Origin: Octopus vulgaris
Lineage: Eukaryota
Direction of reading: 5' to 3'
Length of the DNA: 64,000 nt
Assembly: GCA_951406725.2 (NCBI GenBank)
Contig: OX597830.1
Coordinates: forward strand, 18,600,001-18,664,000
The notes beneath the pieces were generated by a model. It made no database searches and was not told the origin of the DNA. It was given only the letters and a program-made list of their open reading frames with translations. The position numbers and the translations under genes were made by a program. This document shows positions 12,405 through 26,273 of this stretch, piece by piece (the first letter of the stretch is position 1; every line of letters begins with the position of its first letter).

Positions 12405-12851
12405 GAATCATGGAGGCAACATGTGGAAGAGGTAGACCCAGGGAGATGTGGGACAAAGTGGTGAGAAAAAATCTTCAGGCATTGGGCCCTACAGAGGGGA
12501 AGACAGGGGACCAAGACCCCTGGTTGTTGGGTGTGCTTGAGAAGATACATCAAGTTAAGTAAAATCGTGGTGTCCTTGCATACAGGCATGTCCCCTGCAT
12601 CCCTCTTCTGCTGAGTGCTTCTAATCTTGCAGGCCCGTGGGTGCTAGTGTCACATAAAAGCACCACTGCCGTTACTGTGTAAGAGCACCCAGTTTACTCT
12701 ATAAAGCAGTTCGTGTGAGGAAGGGCATCCAGCTGTAGAAACCATGCCAAAACAGGCATGGAGCTCAGGCAGCTCTTAAGCTGACCAGCTTCTCTCAAAC
12801 TGCCCAACCATGCCTGCATAGAAAACAGATGTTAAACGATGATGATGATGA
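12405..12851 (+). mobile_element. Decayed RTE LINE 3' end
   Basis: Translates as TCGRGRPREMWDKVVRKNLQALGPTE (cf. GTRGRGGPRKTWDEVVKHDLRTLGLTE at 60.9 kb), followed by RTE tail and (GAT)n. Confidence 0.7.
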
Positions 12852-12957
12852 ATAGAAAAATGCAGAAACAAAATAAAACTCAGCAGGTAACCAAAGCATA
12901 CAGAGTTCTGTTCAGGTATGCAGTGACAGTACACAATATAAATAAGGATACTTATTT

Positions 12958-13120
12958 ATAGTAGGAGTGGCTGTGTGGTAAGTAGCTTGCTTACAAACCA
13001 CATGGTTCTAGGTTCAGTCCCACTGCTTGGCACCTTGGGCAAGTGTCTTCTACCATAGCCTTGGGTCGACCAAAGCCTTGTGAGTGGATTTGGTAGACAG
13101 AAACTGAAAGAAGCCCGTCG

Positions 13121-13179
<59 letters not shown>

Positions 13180-13383
13180 TTGTGTGTCTGTGTTTATCCC
13201 CCCAACATCGCTTGACAACCGATGCTGGTGTGTTTACGTCCCCGTAACTTAGTGGTTCGGCAAAAGAGACCGATAGAATAAGTACTAGGCTTACAAAAGA
13301 ATAAGTCCTAGGGTCGATTTGCTCAACTAAAGGCGGTGCTCCAGCATGGCCACAGTCAAATGACTGAAACAAGTAAAAGAGTA
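12958..13383 (+). mobile_element. SINE family A (full length)
   Basis: Complete head, (TG)n and tail. Confidence 0.9.
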
Positions 13384-13939
13384 TACTGAGATATTAATAA
13401 CAGTTAATTAATAATTATGGTATTCTATTATGTCTACCTTCATCAGCATTTTTGCCTGCTCTTCCATCTTGGCATAGGTTAAGCAGTTTTTCTGAGGCAG
13501 CGTTTAATAGCCAGATGTCCCTTTTGTCACCAACCTTATGGCATTTTAGAATAGTTGTGTCTATTCTGGGACTGGGATACCTATGGTTATATTTATCATT
13601 ACTATTTAACATTCACTTTTCATGCTTGCATAGATTGGATGGGGTTTCTTTGAGGGAGTTTTCCTCCAACCAGATGCACCCCACTCCTGTTACCAACTCT
13701 CACATGCTTCTGAGAAAGGCAGTACTTCTCCATGGCCAGACATGTTCTCACAAACACTGGAAACGAAAGACTGTACCAGTACCACAGTGGCACTCATCCA
13801 CCACCATCATGTGAAGCGGAGACACAAGTGCACATGCACACACACACACATTTATAAATACCTCATGGGCCACTTTTAGCCTCCGCAGCAGAAGGCATTC
13901 ATCCAAGGCACCATGCAACAGAAGTGAACCCAGAACCAC

Positions 13940-14310
13940 ATGGTAAGAAGTTTGCTTCTCAACCTCATGGTTCTGGGCTCAGCTCTACCCCACAGCATCC
14001 TGGGTCTTCCACCACAGTTCTGGACCAACCAAAACTCCAAAAGTGGATCAGGCAAGCCAAAACTGATAGAAGCCCATCATGTGTGTGTGTGTGTGTGTGT
14101 GTCTTTGCATTTGTGTTTGTTCCCTCCACTGCTTGACAACTGGTATTGGTTTGTGTATATCCCCATAACATAGTAGTTCGGCTAAAAGAGATCAATAGAA
14201 TAAATACCATGTTTAACAAAAACAAAAACGTACTGGGATCAATGTATTCCATTAGGCCCTTTAAGGCATTACCCCAGCATGACCACAATCCAAGGACTGA
14301 AATAAGTAAC
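13940..14310 (+). mobile_element. SINE family A, diverged
   Basis: Recognisable head, (TG)n and tail. Confidence 0.65.
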
Positions 14311-15061
14311 AGATATATCATCATTATTTACTGTCCATGTTCTATATTTGGTAACTAAATTGCTCCATATTGGCTTGGTTTTGATGGTTTGAAAGGATCT
14401 GATGGGTCCAAAGACAATATTGTGCTCCAATGTCTGCTTTGGCAGGGTTTCTACAGCTGAATGCCTTTCATAATGCCAACCTCTCTACTGTAGCCCCAAT
14501 CAGCCGTAGGGGTCTTTTGCAAGACAAAGGTCCCCTTCGACTGATTGGGGCTTCAGTAGAGAGGGAGATGGCCTTAAGAAGAGCAGTTAAAACGAGAGAG
14601 AAGGGTCCAGAACAGGTTTCTTGCTGTAGAGAAGCTACACAGCTACTCACATTATAACAGAAAGGGTAGGAGAAGCTGGAGTGGAGCTGGGATAGAAGAC
14701 ATTTGTTCTTATACATGAAACATTTCAGAGATAGTGTGTATAAAAATTACTAGGTTCTTCTATAAAAATGAGATTTGAAACAGAGTAATGTAGTAAGGAA
14801 ACAAACTGATTGTCTCCATGCATGCATGCGCGTGTGTGTGTGTGTGTGTGCACTTATACAAACATAAGGCTAGATTAGTTAATACAGTATGTACAATTAA
14901 TAACAGCAATTAAAAAGTAAGATTTTATACTGTCTTCTTTTTATTTTACTCCAGGTTTCACGTTACCAATTTACATTACAATTAAATTTTAATAAAATTT
15001 TAGTCATAATGAACAGCAGTGACGCAAAATTTAAGTGTAATGTCAATGTAATAAATAAATA

Positions 15062-15215
15062 TGTGGTTGGCGTTAGGAAGGGCATCCAGCTGTAGAAACT
15101 CTGCCAGATCAAGATTGGAGCCTGGTGCAGCCATCTGGTTCGCCAGACCTCAGTCAAAATTGTCCAACCCATGCTAGCATGGAAAGCAGACATTAAACGA
15201 TGATGATGATGATGA
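15062..15215 (+). mobile_element. RTE 3' tail fragment
   Basis: GGTTGGCGTTAGGAAGGGCATCCAGCTGTAGAAAC...CATTAAACGATGATGATG, closely matching 61420-61579. Confidence 0.8.
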
Positions 15216-15237
15216 TATATATATATATATATATATA

Positions 15238-15395
15238 TAGGAGTGGCTGTGTGGTAAGTAGCTTGTTTACCAACCACATGGTTCCGGGTTCAGTCCCACT
15301 GCGTGACACCTTGGGAAAAGTGTCTTCTACTATAGCCTCGGGCCGACCAAAGTCTTGTGAGTGGATTTGCAGACGGAAACTGAAAGAAGCCCGTC

Positions 15396-15460
<65 letters not shown>

Positions 15461-15659
15461 TTTGTGTGTCTGTGTTTGTCCCCCTAGCATTGCTTGACAA
15501 CCGATGCTGGTGTGTTTATGTCCCCCGTTACTTAGCGGTTCGGCAAAAAGAGACCGATAGAATAAGTACTGGGCTTACAAAAGAATAAGTCCCGGGGTCG
15601 AGTTGCTCGATTAAAGGCGGTGCTCCAGCATGGCCGCAGTCAAATGACTGAAACAAGTA
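15238..15659 (+). mobile_element. SINE family A (full length)
   Basis: Complete head, (TA)n and tail. Confidence 0.9.
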
Positions 15660-17069
15660 TATATAGCAATATGTAGGAGATAAATGAGACCCACTCCTCC
15701 CATCTTACATCAAGGCGTCATGTAATGCTGTTCAGCTTTGGTGGTATAAGCCTGGTTTCTTCTCAGTTTGTAGTTAGTACAGATCAAATCTTTTACACTA
15801 CATTTGCTAGTGTATTAGATCTGTGTGTGTTTGTGTATGTGTAGGGGATACAAGGTGCTGTGTGTCTGTGCCATATGTGTATATGTGTGTGTGTGGTATT
15901 TGAGGATGTGTAGTGTAGATTCATGTGTGTAGTAAGTCTATGCTCCTGTGTGTTTGTGTGTGGTATGTGGGTGGTATGTGTGTGTGTGTGTGTGGTGTGT
16001 GTATGTGTGTGGCTTGTGTTTATGTATGTGTTTAAGAGACTTAGCTAGAGGACCACACAAAGATAAAATAGTTACTTGTTTTCTAGTGGCTGCATTAATA
16101 TTACAAACCCCTACCACAGTTTCTGGAAAGGTAGAGGAGGGGAGAGAGAGAGAGAGAGAGAGAAAGTGAATTAGAAAGAAGATAGTATGTGTTGATGAGA
16201 GTGGGTGGGGCTTTGCTACCTACCTACAGACCTACCTACCTACCAGCTCGACTTTCCTCCCTTTCTCTCTCATATTAAGTGAGTGATATCCTCTCTATTT
16301 GGATGCTTGACACCACTACCCTGTTAGTCCCCTTGAAATTCTAGATTCCCTAAGGGAATTCAACTCTGGACACACACACACAAACACACACACATTTTGA
16401 CACATATAGACATACACACTTAAAGGCCAGAGATTTAGAACCAGTGGTTGTATATAAGCTTGAGTGTATGTGAGAAGGGGGTAACAGTGATAGGTGGTGG
16501 TGGTGGGTTGGGGTTTGTTGTTATGTTTATTCATTTATTTATATTTAAAAGAACATTTCTGGGGACCAGACCCTACTGATACAGAAGGGGGAAAAAAAAC
16601 AAACCCACAAACACATACACACACACAATCAAAAGTGGGGTGGAAAGAGAAAAGCTTTCTTCAGAAGGGGATCCTTCTGAAATTGTCAAGGAATTTTTTT
16701 ACACTGCAGTGAAAGTTATGCTAAACCAAAACTATCAGTATCAGAATTTCTTCAGGAATAAGAAAGTGACTTACACAGAAATCTAGTGAAAACTTCAAAA
16801 CCAGCAAGTAAGGAATGGTACATGTAATAACCTGACAAAAGGCACTATAAACTCTCTCTCTCTCTCTCTCACACACAGACACACACACACTCTCTCTCTC
16901 TCTCTCTGAAAGAAAAAGGAACACAAGAGAAGACAAAAGAATTCTTGGTAAATATATTTCCTTGTAAGTTCCTTTTCTCTCACAGGAACAAGGTAGTAAG
17001 ATTGTCAGTTCAGATTTATAAATTATATAATTATTACCTTGACTGTACTTTATCATTTGTATATGCATA

Positions 17070-17608
17070 CACATAGATAGATAGATAAATAGATAGATAG
17101 ATAGATATCCATAAAAATGACACTCATATACATACACATAACTATGTACACTTATTTGCATACATAAATATATATATGTATGCATACATACATATACATA
17201 GATAGATACATACATACACATATATAGATAGATACATACACATATATAGATACATACATACATACACACACATATAAATAGATACATACATGCACATAAA
17301 GATAGATACATACATACATACACATCCACCCATATCTATACATACATATATATACACACAGATACATACATATATTACATAGATAGTTACATATATACAT
17401 ATATCTATACATATATGTAGATAGATAGATATATACATATATCTATACATACATACATATATATAGACATATATATATATATATATATATATAGACATAT
17501 ATATATATAAACACACACACATATATCTATACATACACATAGATACATATACATCCACACATATATCTGTACATACATCTATACAGAGAGAGAGAGAGAC
17601 AGATACAT

Positions 17609-17670
<62 letters not shown>

Positions 17671-17700
17671 TATATTTTATATATATATATTTTTATATAT
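17070..17700. repeat. Degenerate AT/AC/AGAT microsatellite field
   Basis: Direct reading. Confidence 0.9.
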
Positions 17701-19358
17701 ACTAAAGTTTGGGAAATCAAAACTCAGAGTAGCAAGTTTGAGCTTCCAATAAAATTATAAACTCTACTTTTAGTACTGAGTAACATCTCTTTTTCTTGTG
17801 CAAGCAAAAAAACAAATGTGTGTATAGTTATACAATTACACACACAGACACATACAGTTTATATATAAACAGCATATACATTCACACACTAATATATATG
17901 CACACACTGAACACAACACATAATTACACTCAACTAAAATCAAGCCAATCATTAATTGACATTGACACATATTCATATAAATGACATACACACATTTTGA
18001 CAGGTATATATAGTTTTTCAGTTTTTCTATTAGGAATCTTTACTTCTAAATCTCCAAAAAATATTACCGAATTTACGAATTCTTACAACATTCTGTTAAA
18101 TTTTAACTCAACACATACATAAGATTCCGCATTCTAAAACTATAGAACAGAGCATATACACATTCACATAACCATGAATTTACAAATACATACATACAAA
18201 TTGAAAAAGCAGAAATACTATATTTTACCACCACCCCTCTCTCTCCTTCTCCCTCACCCTCTCTTTCTTCTTTGAATCTTTGTGGGTGACCTGACTTTGC
18301 CTATTAAATAAAAAAAAGCCAGGACCACCCTGCTGCTAAAACCAAAGCTACTACTTGTGGAAGAAGCATGAAGAGAGAAGCAGAAGAAATCATATTCCAT
18401 TGGATCAACAATTTTGGAGAAAGAAAATGAAAATTTCCCTTCCATGTAACCAAAAGAGGAGAATGATGAATCTTATATAATTATATATAAAATGTGTATT
18501 TTTTGTCACATTTTCTCTCGAACTTGGCTAAACTTTACCATAAGTGCTTCCTAAATTTTAGATTAAAAAAAAATACAAGTTTTTAGAATGTAATCCACTG
18601 CATTAAGAAAATTCTGGATCACAAGAAAAGTAACAGAAGCAAAAACCAAAACAAAAAGGAACTACAGACAGGTGAAGATATATATATATATATATGTATA
18701 TATCCACACACACATAAGCACAATGCCAAAGAGAAATCAAAACAAACTAAAAAAAGAATTTGAAAATCAAACAAGGTAGAACGTACGTTTAATGAAGTAA
18801 AAAGAAAGAAAAAAAACAACGTTGCTTACATTTCAGGTTTTTACCTTCTGCAGGAATATATTCTACAAAAAAACTGGATATTTCTAAATAACTGGAATGA
18901 TCTCAAACTAATTAACTGTTGTTTTTTTTGTTTTTTATTTTGCTTGGTTTTCACTTTTGGTTTTTGTAACAACACATGAAGAATTGGCCATAACAACAAC
19001 AACAATCATATCATCACAGTCATAAAAATAACCATACCCACACTAGCATTATTAAATAATAATAATAATAAACAATGAGGATTGAAAAACAATAATATAT
19101 ACTATAATACTAATCACAGCTTATAATAATAATAACAGCAATAATAATGAAAATGATGATGATAATGATGTCTAAGTTTGGCACAGGTCCACAGATTTCA
19201 CTGGATGGATATAGTCGAATAGATCAACCCCAGTATTCAACTGGTACTTATTTTATGAACAATAATACAAAGAGCAAATGTTTCCTATAAAAAAAAAAAC
19301 CCATTCATGTGTGTATGTATATGTGATTCATATGCATACATAGATACACACACATTCA

Positions 19359-19395
<37 letters not shown>

Positions 19396-20209
19396 ATAAA
19401 GAGTGTGTGTGTGTATCTAAGTTTGAAAATGTTTCGAAGTTTCCTTTTCTTTTCACACTTGGGGAATAAATTAAATCAAGAATTTTCCAGTTGAAAAGAT
19501 GAAGATGAAGGAGAAATTTGGGGGTTTTTTTTCTTCTTCTTCCTTGATTATTAAAAGAGAGAAAGAGAGGAAAAAGCAAGCCTATATCTAACTGCATCTT
19601 CTGGTATTTCCATTAAACAAGTTCTTAATAGTAATGAGATAATCTTTACTGCCTTGTAATCTTAATTTTCTTTTTTGTTTTTCTTTTTATTGTTTCCCCC
19701 CCTTTTTTTTTTCGTAAAATTCTATGTGTGTGGCTTCCTTTACACAATGTCTGTACATGCTTGTGTGCCTATGTGCGTAGATGTGTGTCTAGCGACGTGT
19801 TTATGTATGTGTTGTAGAAACTAGCTTAGCAGTTATAGGACTGGCTACTGTTTGCAAAGTCAAAATTTTTGCCTTCACTTTTCGAATTCTACAAGAATAG
19901 CCATAGTGAGTCATTTTGTGATGGTGATGCCTGTTGAATGAAAAAAAAAAAGAAACAAAGCTAAACAAAACAAAAAAAACAAACAAACCAAAACAAACAA
20001 TCTCTATCCCCACCCCTACTGTTCTTCTGCTCTACCCTACAACCCCACTGCCAAAGGAAAAGAAACTCAGTAACTGAATGTTTTAGCACAGGAGAGAGAG
20101 AGAGAGATCTGTAGGATCTATCTACTAGGGTGGGCTTGAGGTACTTATTTCTAGTGAACCAAGGACTTTTGCCATGCCTTGTCAACACTGACTGACAAAG
20201 TGCATTGGA

Positions 20210-21033
20210 TTAGAGAGAGAGAAAGTGAGAGACAGAGAGAGAAAGAGGGAGAGAGAGAGAGTCATTCGCTCACACAAGAGACCCACCACCAGGAGCTAAA
20301 CACTGCACTCTTGCTTTGATCCCATCCTTCTCAGCTTATCATCAAATACTTTTTTTTTTATATTTTGTTTGTTTTGTTACGGGTTCTCCTTTTCTTCTTC
20401 TGCTTCAGCCCACCCACACCTAGCTTCAAATCTCTTATTTATCTCTTCCCCACCTTCACCAACTTCTCGATCTCCCCCACCTTTAGTCTTGTAATAAGAA
20501 GTTTCTACTAAGCATTTATTTTCACTCAGCTGTAGGAATTTACAAGTTATAATATATTGATTGAAAACAAAACAAAAACAACCACAATACAGCATGCCAT
20601 AAAAATTTCTTTTAAATATTTTACCAACCATTTTTGATTCATAATGGTTGAGCTTGTTACAAAAGTCCGGAATATTCTTTTAGTTTCTCACAGTGCCTTA
20701 CCGGATGCCAAATAATCGATGATTCTTGGGATATTTACCACATATTTTTCCGATAGATGGATATCAATATTCCTGTCATAATTTTTGAAAATTTGTAAAG
20801 AATAAGGAATACAAAAAAAAGGGGGGAAAAAAATCAAAGAAAACAGGAAAAATAACCATATATTTTCCCATTATATATAATCTCTATTATCAATTTTATA
20901 ATTCTTGTGAAATTCTTACGAAATCTTTGGGTGGATTAAAATTATTGGATTACAATTATCTCTGTTCTACCGTCATTTTTACTGGAGTTCTTACTTTCTC
21001 ATGGAGGTATTTACCATATAGTAAAAGGTAAGC
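20210..21033 (+). promoter_or_regulatory. Candidate promoter and non-coding first exon (~20264-21027)
   Basis: (GA)n tract, Inr-like TCATTCG at 20262-20268, ~760 bp of TE-free sequence, consensus donor AAG|GTAAGC at 21027/21028; no convincing ORF. Confidence 0.35.
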
Positions 21034-21304
21034 ATATTTTCTTTTTGGTTCTTGAAATCACGCAATTCTTATTTATACAATATATATGTTTTATCTAATG
21101 TAATCAATTTAACAAATTTTATTCATTTCCAATAATTAAAATACGATGAGTCCATCACTTCAATTCAATATCACATTTAATTACGTATGGTGAAAGCCAT
21201 TTTAACTAACTTAACAGCAAATAACCTAATTAAGATATTTATTTTTATTTACATACTTATTCATTTATTTGCCCTCGATATCATTTCATTTTGAAAACTC
21301 CATC

Positions 21305-21472
21305 GTGTTGGTGTGTTTACGTCTATAACTTAGCAGTTCAGCAAAAGATACAGCTAGAATATGTACCAGGCTTCAAAAAAGAATAAGGTCTTGGGATTGA
21401 TTTCTTTGACTAAAAACCCTTTGAGGTGGTGCCCCACCATGGCCACAGTCAAATGACTGAAACAAGTAAAAA
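21305..21472 (+). mobile_element. SINE family A 3' fragment
   Basis: Tail CATGGCCACAGTCAAATGACTGAAACAAGTAAAA. Confidence 0.75.
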
Positions 21473-21634
21473 ATAATATACTATCCCTTCCCCATCATAA
21501 GGTATTGTGTCATTGAATTTCACTGAAGACATCTTTATATAACAATCTAGGGTAGGGAGGGGTTCTTAGGGTTGGTTTCCATTTGGCTTCTTTTGACATA
21601 TAAGAATCTCTTTGACCCCAATACTACAAGCCAT

Positions 21635-22053
21635 CTGTAAACTCATCAACTGAAGTGCCCCAACTCCATCTGACTGTAACCTGTATCACTTCTCTCCATG
21701 TTAACTATTTACAACCGAGTAGACTGAGCCATCAGTGATGGGTTACGAACATCAACTTTTCCACTGTGAGAAAATAAGATATTCCTAGACAATTAACTAG
21801 GACTCTATAGGGAAAAAAATCATTAACATCAATGACATTCATCTTAAAACAAAAGAAAAAAAACAATGACTAAGTCCCGAAATAGTCACATATCTTGCTA
21901 GAAATAGCAACCAAATCTCCTTCAAATCACACCCTTCTGGTTTATAAAAAGAATGACTCTCTGAATAATATAGTTCTAGAGACACTATATATGAAAATAG
22001 GACAGAATGGTCACAGCTGGAATGACTTAGATCATAGATTTACTGGATATATG
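21635..22053 (+). repeat. Local direct duplication, copy 1 (copy 2 at 25366-25794)
   Basis: ~420 bp near-identical. Confidence 0.9.
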
Positions 22054-22490
22054 ATTAAAGTCATTGGCTAAACAATAACCAATAACATCACCAGTGTTGC
22101 TCTGCTTGGTTACCAAACCTGCTAGAAACAACAGCTAAATCCCCCTCAATCAATAATGATTGAATAGTCAGAAGAGAATAGGTTTCTTCTCAAAGTCCTT
22201 GCCATTCAGTAGTTCAATATGTCTTTTTCACAATTTATCCTCTATTATTTTGCTCTCCTCTACGAATCCCTGATAAATGAATTTATATGCCATCAGCATT
22301 TAACCGACAATCTATTTTATATAGTTATTTAACCAACTATATAAACTAAGAATCCATTGAAATAAAACAACTGAATACAAATGGACTTGTGATGGTCTTT
22401 CATTGCCAAACGGTTAAATACAAGAAGTTTACAGGGCGATCTAAGTTTATGAAGTAACAGAATCCAAAGAAAGTAGAAATGCTTTACATC

Positions 22491-22882
22491 AGACAAATAG
22501 AAATAGTTTAAATCAGGGGTCAAGAAAATTTTTTAACAAATACCCCCAAAATATATTTATTTACTCCAATGATACTCCCTTGGTTTGAAAGGAAGAAAAT
22601 CATTGATTCTTTGAATTCAAAAGGTTTGTTGAATCTATTTATATGGAGAATACAATTATAAATATAAAAATTATAAAAGAAATGCGAGACAAATAGAAAT
22701 AGTTTAAATCAGGGGTCAAGAAACCTTTTTAACAAATACCCCCAAAATATATTTATCTACTCCAATGTTACTCCCTTAGTTTGAAAGGAAGAAAATCATT
22801 GATTCTTTGAATTCAAAAGGTTTGTTGAATTTATTTATATGGAAAATACAATTATAAATATAAAAATTATAAAGGAAATGTG
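22491..22882 (+). repeat. Tandem duplication, 196-bp period x2
   Basis: AGACAAATAGAAATAG... starts at 22491 and 22687. Confidence 0.9.
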
Positions 22883-23061
22883 ATAAAATAAATTAATATT
22901 CTCATTATGAAACAAAAGGATTTTTCTAGAAACTTTTCCACTTCGCGTTTTGGAGAAATGATGTTTCATTTTTGTTACAGTTACGTCAAAATTGGGGCAT
23001 TTTGATGCTAGAACAATTTGGATACAGTCTTCAGGGTCCAATCAATGACTCTGCTTTGTTT

Positions 23062-23290
23062 TTAACCCTTTAGCATTTAATCCGGCCATAACCGGCCCAA
23101 ATATTCCACCTGTTTTATGTTAAAACTGTCTGGATCCAACCTCTCACACCTACCCTACAATGTCATTTTAAAAATATACAGCCACACCATTTAAATTTTG
23201 AGGTTGCAAAATAATATATGATTAATTCAAAACAGTATGAATTAAATAAGCAATAAATTTCACAAAGAAATCTGAATGCTAAAGGGTAAA
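23062..23290. mobile_element. piggyBac-type MITE, family B
   Basis: TTAA-CCCTTTAGCATT ... AATGCTAAAGGG-TAAA. Confidence 0.8.
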
Positions 23291-23510
23291 TGTTCAGTTG
23301 AGTGGAAAATCCTTGTTTGCAAAGGTAGGTTGTTGCAAAAGGCAGCGACTTTTTGACTGCCTCCTCAAGCCAGAACAAAAATTTCTGTCATAACAAGGAA
23401 CAAATTTTTTTCATATAATTTTACTTATGTCTAACAAGCCCTCATTACCTCCAAAAATTTGAGTTTTGTCCCTGGTTTAAACAATCTAATATATTTTATG
23501 TTATGAGTAA

Positions 23511-23555
23511 GAAAGAAGTCAGACGTTTCGGATACAATCCTTTATCAGCTTTCAA
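23511..23555 (-). ncRNA. Degenerate minimal hammerhead motif
   Basis: Minus: CUGAUAA-A-GGAU(UGU)AUCC-GAAACGUC; stem I disrupted. Confidence 0.4.
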
Positions 23556-24039
23556 TAAATAGCTGACATGAGGCCTAAGAGAGGAATCTAATGTTTTAGG
23601 AAAAACTATTTATCAGAGAGAAAAGAGAAAGTTATCAATAGTTGACATTTCTTCCTTTCTCTGGCAAATGCTGAACTTTTTTATTGTCAAAGCATGAAAT
23701 TTATTCCAGTTTGGGTTAATGACATAGTTTGTCTTGAGGAAAAGGAGAGATGTGATGGTTCAGGTAGAGTCCTAACAGATCTTTCTGCTCTAACTGATAT
23801 CATTTTCTGAACTTTTTATAGTTATATTCCATCTACTTTACTTTTGCTTTCTAATAACCATTTGTTATCCTAGGTATTAATATATAATCAACTATGAGCA
23901 TGCACTGTCGTTCTAAGTTGGTACAATTCTTATCACCATCCAAGGGCCAGATGAAGGAAGATTATGACACCATGGAGATCCAAAGGGCAAACACCATCAC
24001 TCTCCAGATGCCAAGTCTAAAATATAGAGACACAATAAT

Positions 24040-24049
24040 ATATATATAT

Positions 24050-24102
<53 letters not shown>

Positions 24103-24138
24103 TACATACACATATATATATATACATACATATATATA

Positions 24139-24170
<32 letters not shown>

Positions 24171-24172
24171 CG

Positions 24173-24222
<50 letters not shown>
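24040..24222. repeat. (TA)n/(CA)n microsatellite
   Basis: Direct reading. Confidence 0.95.
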
Positions 24223-24229
<7 letters not shown>

Positions 24230-24339
24230 AAATAATCCTGGTTTCAAAAAACCAAAGCAAATGTTATGTTACAGCTGACAGTACCACACAGACACACCAC
24301 ACACACACACAATGTTATACCTCAACTCCCCTGAGAGGG

Positions 24340-24445
24340 TATAATACCTACCTCATGGCATTATAATACCTACCTCATGGTGCTTTAATACCTACATCAT
24401 AGTGCCACAATACCTACATCATAGAACTACAGTACCTACTCATGC
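24340..24445 (+). repeat. 22-bp minisatellite, ~4.5 units
   Basis: TATAATACCTACCTCATGGCAT-like units. Confidence 0.8.
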
Positions 24446-25365
24446 TTTACTACTAATTCTCTCTCTCATGCATGTACACCACTCAACTACATTGCTGCGA
24501 AGATATATACTTACCTAGAGTCCATAGGCCCATATACGTACATATATACATATGGCCACACACATGCACAAAAATATAAATATATGACATGCTAGAGAGA
24601 TAAATATGACTAACTGATTGATCTCTCTAAGTAAGAGAACAAAATTTCAGGCATTACTGCATTTCACAAGAGCATAAAAATTATTATTACCCTCCATTCT
24701 TCTGCACTATCAACACCCATTACTACATTTTTATGTCCTCTATCTACCATTCTATGCTATTTATTACAATCACTATGCTACCCTATGTATATATCACCAT
24801 TAAATCACACATTACAAATAAAATGGCATTGCTTTGATTGAAGATAAACTGGAGGGGAGGATAAAGGTAGATGAAGAAAGAGGTTAATAAGGATGTATAG
24901 GAATGGAGAGAGAGAACAAGCATGTGTTGTTTGTGTATGCATGCATGTGCATCATTAATGAATACATATATGCTTGCAGATTTGTATCAGGGAGTGGATA
25001 TATCTGTCTATGCATATATACATCATATATACATACTCATATACAGAGAAGCAATTTACTAAACTAAATAACCAATAAAAAAAGAATGCTAGTTAAAAAT
25101 GACACACTTAAGTGTAAATTATAAAAATATGAATTACTAACTCTGATGTGAGGCCACACTAAATCTCACTGCAAAAGGATGAAAGGCAAAGTTGATCGCA
25201 ACAGGATTTGAACTCAGATGCTTTGTACTGTTATATTTACACACACACACACACACACAGCTACACACACATATAATGTGTGGACAAATGAAAAAAAATG
25301 GTACTCAATACATTCAGTAAGAGTTACATATATTATTTAAAACAGCTTGATTCAGCCCCATGCAA

Positions 25366-25794
25366 CTGTAAACTCATCAACTGAAGTGCCCCAACTCCAT
25401 CTGACTGTAACCTGTATCACTTCTCTCCATGTTAACTATTTTCAACCGAGTAGACTGAGCCATCAGTGATGGGTTATGAACATCAACTTTTCCACTGTGA
25501 GAAAATAAGATATTCTTAGACAATTAACTAGGACTCTATAGCAAAAAAAAAAAAAAAAATCATTAACATCAATGACATTCATCTTAAAACAAAATATTAA
25601 AAAATGACTAAGTCCCTAAGTAGTCACATATCTTGCTAGAAATAGCAACCAAATCTCCTTCAAATCACACCCTTCTGGTTTATAAAAACCAGAATGGCTC
25701 TCTGAATAATATAGTTCTAGAGACACTATATATGAAAATAAGACAGAATGGTCACAGCTGGAATTACTTAGATCAAAGATTTACTGGATATATG
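25366..25794 (+). repeat. Local direct duplication, copy 2
   Basis: Matches 21635-22053. Confidence 0.9.
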
Positions 25795-26203
25795 CAAAGT
25801 TTCGGAGGGTTTTTTAAAGACATTTTTTGTTGGAGCAGTTATTGTTGTTTAGCTTCAGTAGACTTGTGACCAAAGGCATTCTGGTTGTGACCATCCTGCC
25901 TTTTTGTATATCTATGACTATAATGTCAAATGCATCCTTTTTATTTTCGTTAGTGTACCTAACAACTGGTTTCAATATTCCAGCTTCACTATGGGTTAAG
26001 GGATTACCAGTAAAGTAATCTAGCTGTAAAACATATGCTCCATGTGCCATGTGGTCACTTAAACTGCTGAAATTAGAAAGAAAATTTCCTTCAAATGGAA
26101 TGGTCACGGCTGGAATGCCTTTGATTGTAGGTCTGCTGAATCATAGGATGGTCGACTAAATCCATTACCTGGTACCATCTTAAAAAAAAAAAAAGGATAT
26201 ATC

Positions 26204-26273
26204 TGACCATCCAGCCTTTTTTGTATATTTATGACTATAATAGTCATAAATATACAAAAAGGCTGGATGGTCA
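26204..26273. repeat. Near-perfect 70-bp palindrome
   Basis: TGACCATCCAGCC...GACTAT-A-ATAGTC...GGCTGGATGGTCA. Confidence 0.9.

Noticed and set aside
12956-13372. Recurrent ORFs such as RRASFSFCLPNPLTRLW and EDTCPRC
   Set aside because: Antisense translations of SINE family A
13410-13452. Minus-strand CTGATGAAGGTA...TACC hammerhead candidate
   Set aside because: GAAA absent (reads ATAA); stem I unconvincing
16721-17720. 202-aa and 192-aa ORFs
   Set aside because: TA/CA microsatellite artefacts
21001-21021. ATG before the splice donor as a start codon
   Set aside because: In-frame stop after six codons
24340-24445. Short regular repeats as a CRISPR-like array
   Set aside because: Contiguous 22-bp minisatellite with no spacers, in eukaryotic context
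21635-25794. LTR retrotransposon bounded by 420-bp direct repeats
   Set aside because: No PBS/PPT, no coding interior, no TSD; the repeat contains a piece of another dispersed element
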